DNA of 64,000 nucleotides from Verrucomicrobiales bacterium (GCA_031411295.1 JANOAV010000157.1:96001-160000); one strand, 5' to 3'; shown: positions 33,398 to 43,816, numbered from the stretch's first letter. Numbers and translations: made by a program. Notes: generated by a model not told the origin, from the sequence alone.

Positions 33398-35953
33398 ATG
33401 TCCCCCTTTCAGTCGCAATCTTCGACCTGCCCTCGCCTAGCAGCCCTAGTGCGCATGATTCTGCTTTGCCAAGGATTGATGGGTTGGGCCTATGCGGACC
33501 CGGTGATTCGAAATCTGAAGCTGGCACAACTTCCCGGCAGCCAACAGGTGGTTATTTCTTACGAATTAAGCGGCGTTCAGCGCCCTGCCGAGGTGCAAGT
33601 CAGCGTCTCGATCGACGGCGGCCTTACCTACGCCGCGTCCACCCACCTAACTGGGGATGTGGGCAATGCCGTGAACCCCGACCTCAATCGTCAGATCATC
33701 TGGGATGCAGGATTGGACTGGGCCGGTCAAACTATCACCAACGCCACGATCCGGCTGAAGGCAGTGGATTCCGTGCCTAACGACGCATCTCTCGCTCCTG
33801 AGACGCTGGAGTTTATTAACCGGGCCACGGCTGCTGGCGATCCCGTGGATCCACCGGCCCGGCGGGCTCTCGACGATTTTGTGAGAGAAACCAAACGCCT
33901 TGGCTTCTGGCCCCAGATGGTCTTTGTTCCCTGCCGTCAAGGTTATGGAGCCATGCATCCATTAGGCGGCAGCCCTCTGCGCACGAATACTAAATTCGTG
34001 CGTCAAGGCACCACCACCCTAACTTCTGACGGGGTGAGCTTCGTGCCTGGTGGCGGATGGACGAATCGTGTGCAGACGCCGTTTATCTGGAATCAGGCCC
34101 AGGAACCAATCTTCGTTGGGGTGGTGGGACATACGAATTCCGGCCCCAAAGTCAACCCAGGCTACTCCTTCCTTCGCTGCGGCAACGGCACCCAGTCAAA
34201 TCTCCTCGGCACCTATAGTTGTGGTGAAGTGGGCCGGGAGGTTGTCATGGGATATTCCACGCCCACTGCGGCCAGCGGTGACTTTTTATTGTGCAGCAAT
34301 CAGTGCACGACACTGCGACGGTCAAATTTCGCAGGAGCACAGTTTGACGGCACCCAGGTTCTCCGATGTGTCCACAATCACAACTTCCGCAATCTATCTC
34401 ATCCCATTAGCACGACGGGACATCCCACCGGAGCCGTCAGTTTTCTTCAGGCGACCTCTGAAAGCGAAACCCATGTCATCCAAGGTTGTTTGTTACTTTA
34501 TGGGAGCGTAGCGGCACTGCCCATGGCCCAATTTTGGCCCCTGACGGCAGCGACCTATCTCAAGGACACTCGCAACCCGTATACCTACCTGTGCGTGGGC
34601 GGACAAAGTAATGCCGGAGCCGTCACGCCAGATCATTTGGCGTTTGGCGCGTGGCAGCAGACGAACGCTCCTTTCTTTCATTACTCCAGCTACAGCTATG
34701 GCGGGCAACCTATTTCCTATTGGCTCGGCACAGATCCACTGGCACCAATCCGCACCCCCGCCTATCAAAGCGCCAAAGCCATTTGGCTGGGTGGCCGCCT
34801 TGACCTCGCGACCGTTGATTGGGACGGGGTTTACCTATGGGTCCAAGGAGAGACGGATACGCTGCTGGACAGTGACACCGCAATTTACCGCCGTCAGTTG
34901 GATAACTTGTGCCACTTCCTCCGTGCGGACCTAAAACCTGACCTGATCATGGCCGTGGCACAAATCGACTATGCGGTGCAGGAACGCACGAATCCCTCCT
35001 TCGGCAGCTTTTTCATCACCAATTGTGCCGGCACGGCCACCCATCTCAACGGCCTCTACACCCCGACCCAATTCAGCCAATTGGCGGACGCCTTCACGGA
35101 CTACACCTGGCATTTCGGGGACATCCAATTGACGCGTGACGGAGGCCCCAGCCAGAACCGTTGGCGATTCACCCAAAAGGGCGCCACGTATTACACTGCT
35201 GATCAGGATGAGCCCCATCCGGTGTTAGTTTCAACTTGGAGTGCTGAAAATGGCGCCACCCAAAGCCCCGTCGTAAACCACTCGCGAACTGGCAATATCG
35301 AAATTGTCCGCAAAGCGCAGCGGGAATTTGTCGCCCAGACGCCGCGCAGCTTTCTGCTGGATACCCGTGGCGCGGAACGCGGCATCGACACTGGAAATGG
35401 CAACACTGACACCGTGCACTTAACCCAGCAAAACGGTCACAAAACGCTGGCTGAGCGCTTTGCGACCGCCTGGACGACTTACTCTGGTGGCAGCACCGCC
35501 GTTTCTAACCCAATTAACCTGAACACAGAAACACCGCTGAATCGCTGGATGCAAGACCAGGGACTCAGCGGTGCAGCCGCGCTATTGTCTGCCACCCCAC
35601 ACAATGATGGGGTAACGAATTTGGAGAAATACGCCTTTAACTTAACTCAGGGAGTGCCTGCAAATTCTGTCCTGAACGCCTCCGGTAACTATGGATTCCC
35701 AAGAGTTTTTGTTCGCAACGAATCGGGCAACAAGAAACTTTGCCTAGAAGTAGTTCGTCGTAAGAACGACCCTCAACTGAGCTACCAAGCAAATTTTTGG
35801 GTCGATGGCCAACCTGCTATCCGTGTGCTCACTCCCATCAGCAGCGTAAATCTGGATGCAACTTGGGAACGCGTGACTTATGAAGCCCCACCGATACTTT
35901 GGAATGCGCCCAAGGTATTCGCGCGCGTTAAGCTTGGCTATACTCCGCCGTAG
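33398..35953 (+). CDS. Secreted mosaic protein with SGNH (sialate O-acetylesterase/CE6-like) domain and C-terminal DG-NLxxY domain
   Basis: Signal-like N-terminus; GGQSNA (34598), WVQGETD (about 34840), DTVH (35408) and HNDGVTNLEKYAF. Confidence 0.75.
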   Translation: MSPFQSQSSTCPRLAALVRMILLCQGLMGWAYADPVIRNLKLAQLPGSQQVVISYELSGVQRPAEVQVSVSIDGGLTYAASTHLTGDVGNAVNPDLNRQIIWDAGLDWAGQTITNATIRLKAVDSVPNDASLAPETLEFINRATAAGDPVDPPARRALDDFVRETKRLGFWPQMVFVPCRQGYGAMHPLGGSPLRTNTKFVRQGTTTLTSDGVSFVPGGGWTNRVQTPFIWNQAQEPIFVGVVGHTNSGPKVNPGYSFLRCGNGTQSNLLGTYSCGEVGREVVMGYSTPTAASGDFLLCSNQCTTLRRSNFAGAQFDGTQVLRCVHNHNFRNLSHPISTTGHPTGAVSFLQATSESETHVIQGCLLLYGSVAALPMAQFWPLTAATYLKDTRNPYTYLCVGGQSNAGAVTPDHLAFGAWQQTNAPFFHYSSYSYGGQPISYWLGTDPLAPIRTPAYQSAKAIWLGGRLDLATVDWDGVYLWVQGETDTLLDSDTAIYRRQLDNLCHFLRADLKPDLIMAVAQIDYAVQERTNPSFGSFFITNCAGTATHLNGLYTPTQFSQLADAFTDYTWHFGDIQLTRDGGPSQNRWRFTQKGATYYTADQDEPHPVLVSTWSAENGATQSPVVNHSRTGNIEIVRKAQREFVAQTPRSFLLDTRGAERGIDTGNGNTDTVHLTQQNGHKTLAERFATAWTTYSGGSTAVSNPINLNTETPLNRWMQDQGLSGAAALLSATPHNDGVTNLEKYAFNLTQGVPANSVLNASGNYGFPRVFVRNESGNKKLCLEVVRRKNDPQLSYQANFWVDGQPAIRVLTPISSVNLDATWERVTYEAPPILWNAPKVFARVKLGYTPP

Positions 35954-37856
35954 CACTCAGTTTGCGCAAGGTAATACTCGCCCCAAGCGCCACCAAGCCG
36001 AGCCACAAGAGTAATTTCCCGCTATTCAAGACATCATGGCAGATCGCTGCCAGCGGACCGTAGGCGAGCGGCTCAGAGAACGCCATCCAGGCATGACCGA
36101 CTTCATCGTCTTTGGCAACCACCCGATACTCTCCCGGCCCCGGCAGCTTGACGCAGACGCTTTCCCGGTCTCGCAGAATGGAGGGTAGCGTGGTCCTCAA
36201 AGCACTGAAAATGTCGATCGACTCACCGCCCCCCACTTTCTCCAATACCAATGAACGACCGGGCAAGCGATACCCTTTTAACCGGGCCTTTTTATCGAGG
36301 ATGAGGTCAAAGTAGAGATAAGGCAGCTCACAATGGAAGGGCTGAGAAGTAAAGCTGCGCTCCGCATCAGGCTGATCAGAAGTGGTGAACGTGCCCCAGT
36401 ATTTCAAATACGGTCTGGCCGAATAATTTGGAGGAAAACCACCTTGAATGAACCCTGTCGAAGTCGGTTCGGAGGTTAGGGGGAATCCGCCCACGACCGC
36501 AGCCGGCAACATCGCAGACTCATTCCCGGTCCGGTCAATGCGCTCCATGATAACCTTCACATCATGCCCCAAATCAAAGGGATCCTCTTCCGTAGCAGGC
36601 TGCGCTTCCACAATTGTTTGTGTATCCCCCCGAGCATAAGCCGCCATCCGCGCTTGGCGGATGCCTTGATCCCACTCGCCATTCTCCGTGGTCGCCCAAG
36701 GCAAGACGCGCCAGAAAAAATTCACTCCCATGCCGGCCACCGTCAACCCCACCCAGGCAAACGTGATCCATCGCCCCCAAGAAAGTTTCGACTGCGCCAA
36801 ACCCAAGCCCTTAGGCAACGCTAGAATAGCGGCATTCACCAGCGGCCCCAGCATTAGAATATCGTAATAGCGATTCCCCGGCACTCCGCCGTTGTTATTT
36901 TCTCCACGGAAAATGGCGATCCCAGCGCACTGGAGTGCCAGCCCAGCCCCCAAGAGAAACAGCAACGACTCCGACTTCGTGGCCGCAGCGGGATTTTTCA
37001 ACCAGCGCCACGCCAAGCAGAACCAAGGGATAAAAGCCAGTAGCCCCGCCGGCCAGGCGAAAACCGTCGGCCATCCCAGACCACGTAGGAACGGCAACAA
37101 GGTGGTGCGTAGGCCATCGTGTTTGGTCAGTTCTTCAGTCGTCTTGGGAATATTCAAGTAAACCGCGAGAAACAACGCTAGATGCAGGGCCGCAAAAATG
37201 AAGTGTTCCCGACGCGAATTGCCTACCCGATGAACCCCCAGCCAAATAAAATAACTCGCTGCCACCAATGCCGTTAGGCTGCCTGAGCCAAGCGCAAAGG
37301 TGGCCAGTCCGCAGAGCCCCAGAGACAAACCTGCCCTGAGCCATGGGCGCTGCACCGAGCTGAGCACCCAGGCCCCCAAGACCGTCAACCACATCATCCA
37401 TGAAAAGCAGGAAAGAAACGCCCAGAGCGTGCGACCTCCGGCCCACGGAATCGCAAAAGTCGCTAATGCCAGTCCGTAAACCAACCCGCCATTTTTGCCA
37501 CTGGCCCGCACCGCCAACCAACTTGCGGTCAACGCAAAGAGGCAGAAAATCCCCGCGTGCATCACGTTCTCAATTCGCAGTTGCCAGGGACCATTCAATT
37601 TTACGCCCAAGGCCTCCTGGAATTTCGTAAAGAAAATCCGGTGCTGTCCGTGCGGCACGAGCAAATGACCACTAAACAACGGCACTTTGCCATCGTGCAC
37701 TTCAGCAATTTCATCAAAGACCCGCCAATCGTCCGATAGCGGAGCGTCTGTCGCCAGTCGATTGCACACCGAAAGCCTGACGCCCAACACGATCAGCGCG
37801 AAGGCCAACCAAGGCAGCAGTGCCAGCAGGCGGGTTTTCCAAGAGGAAGCAATCAT
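35928..37856 (-). CDS. Polytopic membrane protein, probable GT-C glycosyltransferase
   Basis: PLSDDW and HGQHR after TM1, about 11 TM helices, NRY motif and a soluble C-terminal domain; last gene of the polysaccharide operon. Confidence 0.6.
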   Translation of the reverse strand: MIASSWKTRLLALLPWLAFALIVLGVRLSVCNRLATDAPLSDDWRVFDEIAEVHDGKVPLFSGHLLVPHGQHRIFFTKFQEALGVKLNGPWQLRIENVMHAGIFCLFALTASWLAVRASGKNGGLVYGLALATFAIPWAGGRTLWAFLSCFSWMMWLTVLGAWVLSSVQRPWLRAGLSLGLCGLATFALGSGSLTALVAASYFIWLGVHRVGNSRREHFIFAALHLALFLAVYLNIPKTTEELTKHDGLRTTLLPFLRGLGWPTVFAWPAGLLAFIPWFCLAWRWLKNPAAATKSESLLFLLGAGLALQCAGIAIFRGENNNGGVPGNRYYDILMLGPLVNAAILALPKGLGLAQSKLSWGRWITFAWVGLTVAGMGVNFFWRVLPWATTENGEWDQGIRQARMAAYARGDTQTIVEAQPATEEDPFDLGHDVKVIMERIDRTGNESAMLPAAVVGGFPLTSEPTSTGFIQGGFPPNYSARPYLKYWGTFTTSDQPDAERSFTSQPFHCELPYLYFDLILDKKARLKGYRLPGRSLVLEKVGGGESIDIFSALRTTLPSILRDRESVCVKLPGPGEYRVVAKDDEVGHAWMAFSEPLAYGPLAAICHDVLNSGKLLLWLGLVALGASITLRKLSATAEYSQA

Positions 37857-37871
37857 ACTCTTTAAATCGTA

Positions 37872-38546
37872 TTACTTTAGCGGTTTTTGACCCACCACGA
37901 GGAATTGTTTCCCCAGAAAGCGCCAAGCGAAAGGCAGCGCGAGATACCACTGCATCAGGACGACCGGCGGCTGGAAGCCTTCAGACATCGTGTAGGGCAG
38001 AAATGCTCGATCTTCGCGCAGCACGTCAAAACCAATCGTCTGCATGGCTTCAGCCAACGATTTCTCCGTCAGTGCCACGTGGTGATCGTAGAAATCCCAA
38101 TAGACCCCGTGCAACAAATTGATGTTGGGACCCATCGCGACTAATCGCCCTCCTGGACGCAAACAGCGCCAGGCTTCTCCCAGCGTTTTGCGCAGACATT
38201 CCTTGTTGGGCAGGTGCTCAAAAAAGTTGCTCGTGAACACGGCATCCAGACTATTCTCCGGAACCTGCCATTCAGCCGAGCAGTCCTGCTGGAGAAAGGT
38301 TATCGCTGGATCCAAGCGGGCCGCAGTATCAGGATTTAAGTCCATCGCATAGCGCGTGGAGGCCTTAACGGTGTTGATGAATTCACCGTAACCACAGCCC
38401 AAATCCAGCACGGTTTGCGCGCCATTCAGACAGTTCTTTTCGAACCATGCCGTAAGCACGTGCCAGACCGCTTGGCGATATTTCTCCTGGCCGGAGAAAC
38501 GCTGACGATAAATAGTGGAGAGTTCTTGAGGGATGGGATCAGACAT
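37872..38546 (-). CDS. Class I SAM-dependent methyltransferase
   Basis: VLDLGCGYG, SNFFEHL and LRPGG. Confidence 0.9.
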   Translation of the reverse strand: MSDPIPQELSTIYRQRFSGQEKYRQAVWHVLTAWFEKNCLNGAQTVLDLGCGYGEFINTVKASTRYAMDLNPDTAARLDPAITFLQQDCSAEWQVPENSLDAVFTSNFFEHLPNKECLRKTLGEAWRCLRPGGRLVAMGPNINLLHGVYWDFYDHHVALTEKSLAEAMQTIGFDVLREDRAFLPYTMSEGFQPPVVLMQWYLALPFAWRFLGKQFLVVGQKPLK

Positions 38547-39321
38547 CGCGTTTTAGGTAGTCACCTCGGCTGAGGTATTTTTCGATTAAACAATAGAGAA
38601 TAATAAAGAGATAGCGACTGCCCATTTCGCGCAGTTTCAGTTTCGCCACCCCGGCCTTGCGGTTGCGCCAGGAAATGGGCACCACCGTCCAAGTGTAACC
38701 CCGCACGATAGCCTTGAGCGGAATTTCCACCGTCAGATTGAAGTGCGGGGAGATGAGCGGGCTGCAGCCTCGCAGCACCTCGCGTCGGTAAGCCTTGAAC
38801 GCATTCGTCGTATCGTTGAGGCGAATTCCAAAGAGGAATCGAATCATCGTATTCACGATTCGGTTCATCAGCATCTTAACTTTTGGATAGTCGTAGGTGG
38901 CGCCCCCTTTGACGAAGCGACTGCCAAAAACACAGTCCCAGCCCTGGTTGAGCTTTTCCCAATAAACCACGGCATCATTGGGATCGTCGGATTCATCCGC
39001 CATCATGACGCAGAGCGCATCTCCAGTGGCATGCTCCATGCCACAAAGAATCGCGCGTCCGAAGCCGTTGGACCCAAGATTCTGCACGGGTCGCAACTCC
39101 ACAATCACAGCCGCCTTAGCCTGCAATAACGCCCAGGTTCCATCCGTGCTGCCGTCATCGACGACCACGATTTCATGGGGAATGCCTTTAGCGCTCAGCA
39201 CGCCATGCAAATGATCAATCGTCTGCCCTACGCTGCCTTCTTCATTGCGAGCTGGAATTACGAAACTCAGGCAAGTGAGTTTTGCAGCATTGGGATTAGG
39301 CTGATTGAGAGGTGCGGCCAT
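38539..39321 (-). CDS. GT2 glycosyltransferase (polyprenol-phosphate glycosyltransferase-like)
   Basis: VIPARNEE, VVVDDGSTDGT, MMADESD and VFGSRF. Confidence 0.9.
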   Translation of the reverse strand: MAAPLNQPNPNAAKLTCLSFVIPARNEEGSVGQTIDHLHGVLSAKGIPHEIVVVDDGSTDGTWALLQAKAAVIVELRPVQNLGSNGFGRAILCGMEHATGDALCVMMADESDDPNDAVVYWEKLNQGWDCVFGSRFVKGGATYDYPKVKMLMNRIVNTMIRFLFGIRLNDTTNAFKAYRREVLRGCSPLISPHFNLTVEIPLKAIVRGYTWTVVPISWRNRKAGVAKLKLREMGSRYLFIILYCLIEKYLSRGDYLKRDV

Positions 39322-39343
39322 GACGTTAGTTTTAAATTTCTCC

Positions 39344-40411
39344 TTAAGCTCCCGTGAGCGCGAGCCAATGCGGATGACTCTCGACGTGCTCGGCAATTTC
39401 TTCCAAAATCACCGGCAGCGGACTTCTTACCTGCCAGTCCCAAGTCGATTCCGCAAGGGTTGCATCCAGCACAATCCAAGGCAGATCAAATGGTCGAGGG
39501 GTGCCATCGCGAATCACTTCATTTACCCCCCAGCGCGGCTCTGCCCAAGCGCTTAACTGAGCAAGCGACATACTGTTGGCAAGCCCGCCTGACACGTTGA
39601 ATATTCTAGTATCGAGTTTGCGATCCGCCGCATCGATTTGTTTCAACAACAACGGCACCAGATCCCGTGGGTGTAGCGCATCCCGCACTTGCAGGCCCTC
39701 TCCACCAAAACCCAGATAACGCAGCGTCCGCCGTGCCTTCCAAGCGTGGAGCCAGAAACTATAGATCCCCTGATCGGCCCGTCCGAACTGACCTGCACCT
39801 GCCAACACGCCGCACCGATTAATCCAAACCGGAAAATTGAAGACACTGCCATACTCAAGCGCCAGTAATTCTGATGCCAATTTACTGGACCCATAGAGTG
39901 ACAATGGCGGTGCTGTAGAAAAACTTTCCGCAAAGCCTCGTCCACTTACCCCTGCCGTGGCATCGTATAGTTCTGGTTCGAAGCGATTCCCCACCGCCCG
40001 CACCGGCAGAGCGCTCATGCCCGGAACCGAATACACGCGACTGGTGCTCAGCAGCAAAAACGTTGCTTTGTGTTGCCGACAATATTCCAGCAAATTAATC
40101 GTTCCGCCCAGATTGTGCTCCAGCAATTGTCGGGAACTGCTCTTGCCATCTACTCCTGCCAGCACACTGGGATTGGCGGCCGCGTCAATCACCACATCGG
40201 CTGATGGCAGCGCATCGATATCCGACGTGGCTCGCAGATCTGCGTGCATCACCTTGATCCCTAATTCCCGCAGCGCAGCACGATTGATCTCGGATCCCTC
40301 GCGGACAAAGCTGTCGAAGCCGAATATCTCCAAGCCTGGACGCTCCTCCAGCAAAGTCTTGGCCAACCACGAGCCAACGAAGCCACAGATACCGCTGATC
40401 AAAATGCGCAT
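39344..40411 (-). CDS. NAD-dependent epimerase/dehydratase (CDP-paratose 2-epimerase-like)
   Basis: SGICGFVG, STSRVY, YGSSK and QVRDALH. Confidence 0.88.
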   Translation of the reverse strand: MRILISGICGFVGSWLAKTLLEERPGLEIFGFDSFVREGSEINRAALRELGIKVMHADLRATSDIDALPSADVVIDAAANPSVLAGVDGKSSSRQLLEHNLGGTINLLEYCRQHKATFLLLSTSRVYSVPGMSALPVRAVGNRFEPELYDATAGVSGRGFAESFSTAPPLSLYGSSKLASELLALEYGSVFNFPVWINRCGVLAGAGQFGRADQGIYSFWLHAWKARRTLRYLGFGGEGLQVRDALHPRDLVPLLLKQIDAADRKLDTRIFNVSGGLANSMSLAQLSAWAEPRWGVNEVIRDGTPRPFDLPWIVLDATLAESTWDWQVRSPLPVILEEIAEHVESHPHWLALTGA

Positions 40412-40435
40412 AGCTAATTTATGAAGTGTCAGGGG

Positions 40436-41491
40436 TTAACCGATGCAGGCCGCATGGATCTCCGTCAGGATTTCCCGCAGATCATAGCGATATTGCCAGT
40501 TAGGGTAATGCGCTTGAAATTTCCGCACATCCGACACCCACCAGATATGATCACCTGAGCGATTATCTTCCAGATAGGTGTAATCCAATTTCTTACCACT
40601 GATCTCCTCGCACAGGGCAATGGCTTCCAACATGGAACAGTTACTGTGACGACTGCCACCCATGTTATAAACTTCACCACAGCGGGGAGTGGCGGCAAAC
40701 TGCCAGAAGGCCTCGACTAAGTCATAGGCATGAATGTTATCGCGCACCTGTTTGCCTTGATAACCGAAGACACGGTAGGGTTTCCCGGACACCGTGCATT
40801 TCATCAAGTAGGAGAGGAAGCCATGTAACTCCGCGCCCGCATGGGCCGGCCCGGTCAAGCAACCGCCCCGGAAACAGGCAGTCCTCATGCCGAAATACCG
40901 ACCATACTCCTGCACCATGACATCCGCCGCCACCTTGCTGGCACCGAAAATCGAGTGTTTGCTTTGATCGATCGTGAAATGCTCATCGATTCCTAAAGCA
41001 TACTGATGCCCCGGCGCAATCTCCCAGCGAGTCTCCAGTTCAACCAAAGGCAAGCTATTGGGCGCGTCGCCATAAACTTTGTTTGTGCTCGTGAAGATGA
41101 ATACTGCGTCCGGACAACTTTCCCGCACTGCCTCCAGCAGGTGCAGCGTCCCCAGGGCATTTACTCCAAAATCAGTCAACGGCTCCTTGGCCGCCCAATC
41201 ATGACTGGGTTGCGCAGCGGTGTGCACCACCAGACCAACGGCCTTCCCGTATTTCCGAAACACATTGCGCACGGCTTGCTCATCCCGAATATCCACCGCT
41301 TCATGATGATAGGATGATCCCAACCCCACCAACTTTTGCACGGTGCCGGAGGTGCTGGCGTCAGCACCAAAGAAATAGGACCGCATGTCGTTGTCCATTC
41401 CGACGACTTCATAACCTTCCTTCAGCAAACGCTGCACTGTTTCCGAGCCAATAAGCCCGCCACTTCCCGTTACTACTGCTACTGAATTCAT
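40436..41491 (-). CDS. NAD-dependent epimerase/dehydratase (RfbE-like), FxxxK variant
   Basis: [24 protein letters not shown] and GKQVRDNIH. Confidence 0.88.
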   Translation of the reverse strand: MNSVAVVTGSGGLIGSETVQRLLKEGYEVVGMDNDMRSYFFGADASTSGTVQKLVGLGSSYHHEAVDIRDEQAVRNVFRKYGKAVGLVVHTAAQPSHDWAAKEPLTDFGVNALGTLHLLEAVRESCPDAVFIFTSTNKVYGDAPNSLPLVELETRWEIAPGHQYALGIDEHFTIDQSKHSIFGASKVAADVMVQEYGRYFGMRTACFRGGCLTGPAHAGAELHGFLSYLMKCTVSGKPYRVFGYQGKQVRDNIHAYDLVEAFWQFAATPRCGEVYNMGGSRHSNCSMLEAIALCEEISGKKLDYTYLEDNRSGDHIWWVSDVRKFQAHYPNWQYRYDLREILTEIHAACIG

Positions 41492-41541
41492 GTCTGATTT
41501 ATTGAAATAGAATGTTTGATACCACGAAAAAATTGTTCATC

Positions 41542-42639
41542 CTAGCCAGCGGATTGCGTCGCTTGAATTTGCTCCAGCAACAATGAAAAGACCACGGCCG
41601 CGGAACTTCTTTGGTTCAACGACAACACGATTGCAGGATCCCAGGGCATGGCTAGCATTTGCTCCAACAGCGCAGGAACCTCGCTGATTTCCTTCCAGAT
41701 CAGGCCGTTGCGACCAGGCTCCACCAAGTGACTAAGTGAGCTTTGGTTCGGCAGCAGCACTGGCAGTCCGCACCCCATTGATTGCTGCACTGAGATGGCG
41801 GCGGTAAACCACAAGGCAAAATGCACGGAGTGAAATATCTCCCGCATCCCAGCGGCCGACACTGCGTCACGGCATTCAATCTGATGGGCTACGGGTGAGT
41901 TCTGCACCAACTCACGGATTTCCTTGCTGAATGGAGCATTGTCAAAGCCTGCCAAAATGTAATGAGCCTCAGGATGCTTCTGCAAGAAATCAAACACCGC
42001 CGGCAACCAACGATCGAAAGGTTTGCTGGGCACCACCCTCGTGACCGTGGCAAAGCGAATCGGCCCAGTTGGCCAAGCAGGCGCGGGATAAAAATCTGCC
42101 GGATCATACACCAACCCGCCGAACCAATATTTGTGGCGGTATTTACCATTGGCAATTCGCCTGACCAACTTATCCCCATCCGGGGAGGAAGCCGTGATGA
42201 CATCCGCCCGCGCGAAGATGTTTTTATACCATCGATCCTTCAGCAACCAGCGCACCCAAGGACGGGTTGGGGTCGCATTGGCATCGAAATCGGGCATCAT
42301 GGCAACCACCTTGCAGGAGGGCGCCAGCCGCTTCATCAGAAAGTAGGGCAAGCCCGAACCCGGAGCCGCCAGGACCGCCACCTCTGGTCGCGTCGCTGCC
42401 AACAACTTTGCGAAGTTGGTGACCGTAAAATACGTATCTTTGATCCGCCAATGACGTTGAATCGAGTAAACCGTATACCCCAGCGGTCTTACCTCCCCAC
42501 CCTCCAGTCCTGGCCATTCCGGGCTCGCTCCGCGCACAACAGACACTTGATGCCCCTGGCCTACCAGCCAGACCGCAAGGACGTTCTCGTAGTAGTTGGC
42601 TCCTTCACGGAAACCGGATGATGCGATGAGGAAGTTCAT
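41542..42639 (-). CDS. GT-B (family 4-like) glycosyltransferase
   Basis: GHQVSVV, TRVVPSKP, SMGCGLPV and LVEPGRNG. Confidence 0.78.
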   Translation of the reverse strand: MNFLIASSGFREGANYYENVLAVWLVGQGHQVSVVRGASPEWPGLEGGEVRPLGYTVYSIQRHWRIKDTYFTVTNFAKLLAATRPEVAVLAAPGSGLPYFLMKRLAPSCKVVAMMPDFDANATPTRPWVRWLLKDRWYKNIFARADVITASSPDGDKLVRRIANGKYRHKYWFGGLVYDPADFYPAPAWPTGPIRFATVTRVVPSKPFDRWLPAVFDFLQKHPEAHYILAGFDNAPFSKEIRELVQNSPVAHQIECRDAVSAAGMREIFHSVHFALWFTAAISVQQSMGCGLPVLLPNQSSLSHLVEPGRNGLIWKEISEVPALLEQMLAMPWDPAIVLSLNQRSSAAVVFSLLLEQIQATQSAG

Positions 42640-42697
42640 AGCGGGATCAACTGCCTTTGCTGGCTTATGTCGGAAGCTGGACTTAAAGTCCGGTATG

Positions 42698-43816
42698 CTA
42701 GGCGAACTCCCCCAGCGCAGCGATCACGGCCGATGCCACCCGTTGCTGCTGCTCATCTGTGATTTCTGGATAGATGGGCAGGCTTAACATTTCTGCCTGA
42801 TGTTGCGCAGCTACTGGGAAATCTGACCGCGTGTGCCCCAGATATTCATAGGCTTTCAAGAACGGCAGCGGTGTGGGATAATGAATTGTGCTGGCAATTC
42901 CCTGCTCGGCTAAACGCCGCTGCACGGCATCACGTTGCGGAATGCGGATGCTATAAACATGATACACGTGGGTCGAGCCTGGACGGATTTGCGGAATCCG
43001 CACCACCGGGCACTCCGCAAAGAGTTCGTCATAACGCTTAGCCTTTTCCCGGCGGGCCTCGGACCAGCCTACCAAGCTGGGTAATTTGGCACTCAGGATG
43101 GCTGCTTGCAGACCATCCAACCGACTGTTGATGCCTTCCATGCGATGATCGTGTTTATTGGTAGGATCAGATCCGTGCCGGGCATAGCAACGGCACAAGT
43201 CGGCCAGCGCATCGTCATTGGTCACGATGGCTCCCGCGTCGCCAAACGCTCCGAGATTTTTTCCGGGATAAAAACTAAAGGTCCCTGCCCGCCCCATCAA
43301 ACCAGTCATGCGGCCTTCGTGCGTTGCCAAATGACACTGGGCACAATCTTCCACCACCCACAGCCCGTGCTTCTCAGCGAGGGCCAGAATTTCGGTCATC
43401 GCAGCAGGCTGGCCCAACAGATGCACTGGGAGGATTCCCTTCGTGCGCGTAGTGATTTTCGCCTCGATTAATGCAGGATCAATCGTGTGATAGGCATCCT
43501 CCACATCGACAAATACTGGCTTTGCACCACATTGCGTGATTACCTCAGAAGTAGCGATCCAACTGTTGGCAGTCGTAATAACCTCATCGCCCGGCCCCAC
43601 GCCCAGCATCTTCAGGGTGATATAAATGGCACCCGTGCCATCGGCACAACTGATGCAATGCTTCGCCCCAACGGCCGCGGCAAATTCCTTTTCAAATTTC
43701 CCCACAAAAGGCCCGCGGATGAATGCCGTGGTGTCGATCACCGCCGCCATGGCCGCGTCAATTTCAGGTTTTAGGGAGAGATACTGCGCCTTAAGATCAA
43801 AGAGGGGGATTTTCAT
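42698..43816 (-). CDS. DegT/DnrJ/EryC1/StrS sugar aminotransferase
   Basis: GPGDEVIT, EDCAQ, SFYPGKNLGAFGDAG and NSRLD. Confidence 0.95.
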   Translation of the reverse strand: MKIPLFDLKAQYLSLKPEIDAAMAAVIDTTAFIRGPFVGKFEKEFAAAVGAKHCISCADGTGAIYITLKMLGVGPGDEVITTANSWIATSEVITQCGAKPVFVDVEDAYHTIDPALIEAKITTRTKGILPVHLLGQPAAMTEILALAEKHGLWVVEDCAQCHLATHEGRMTGLMGRAGTFSFYPGKNLGAFGDAGAIVTNDDALADLCRCYARHGSDPTNKHDHRMEGINSRLDGLQAAILSAKLPSLVGWSEARREKAKRYDELFAECPVVRIPQIRPGSTHVYHVYSIRIPQRDAVQRRLAEQGIASTIHYPTPLPFLKAYEYLGHTRSDFPVAAQHQAEMLSLPIYPEITDEQQQRVASAVIAALGEFA

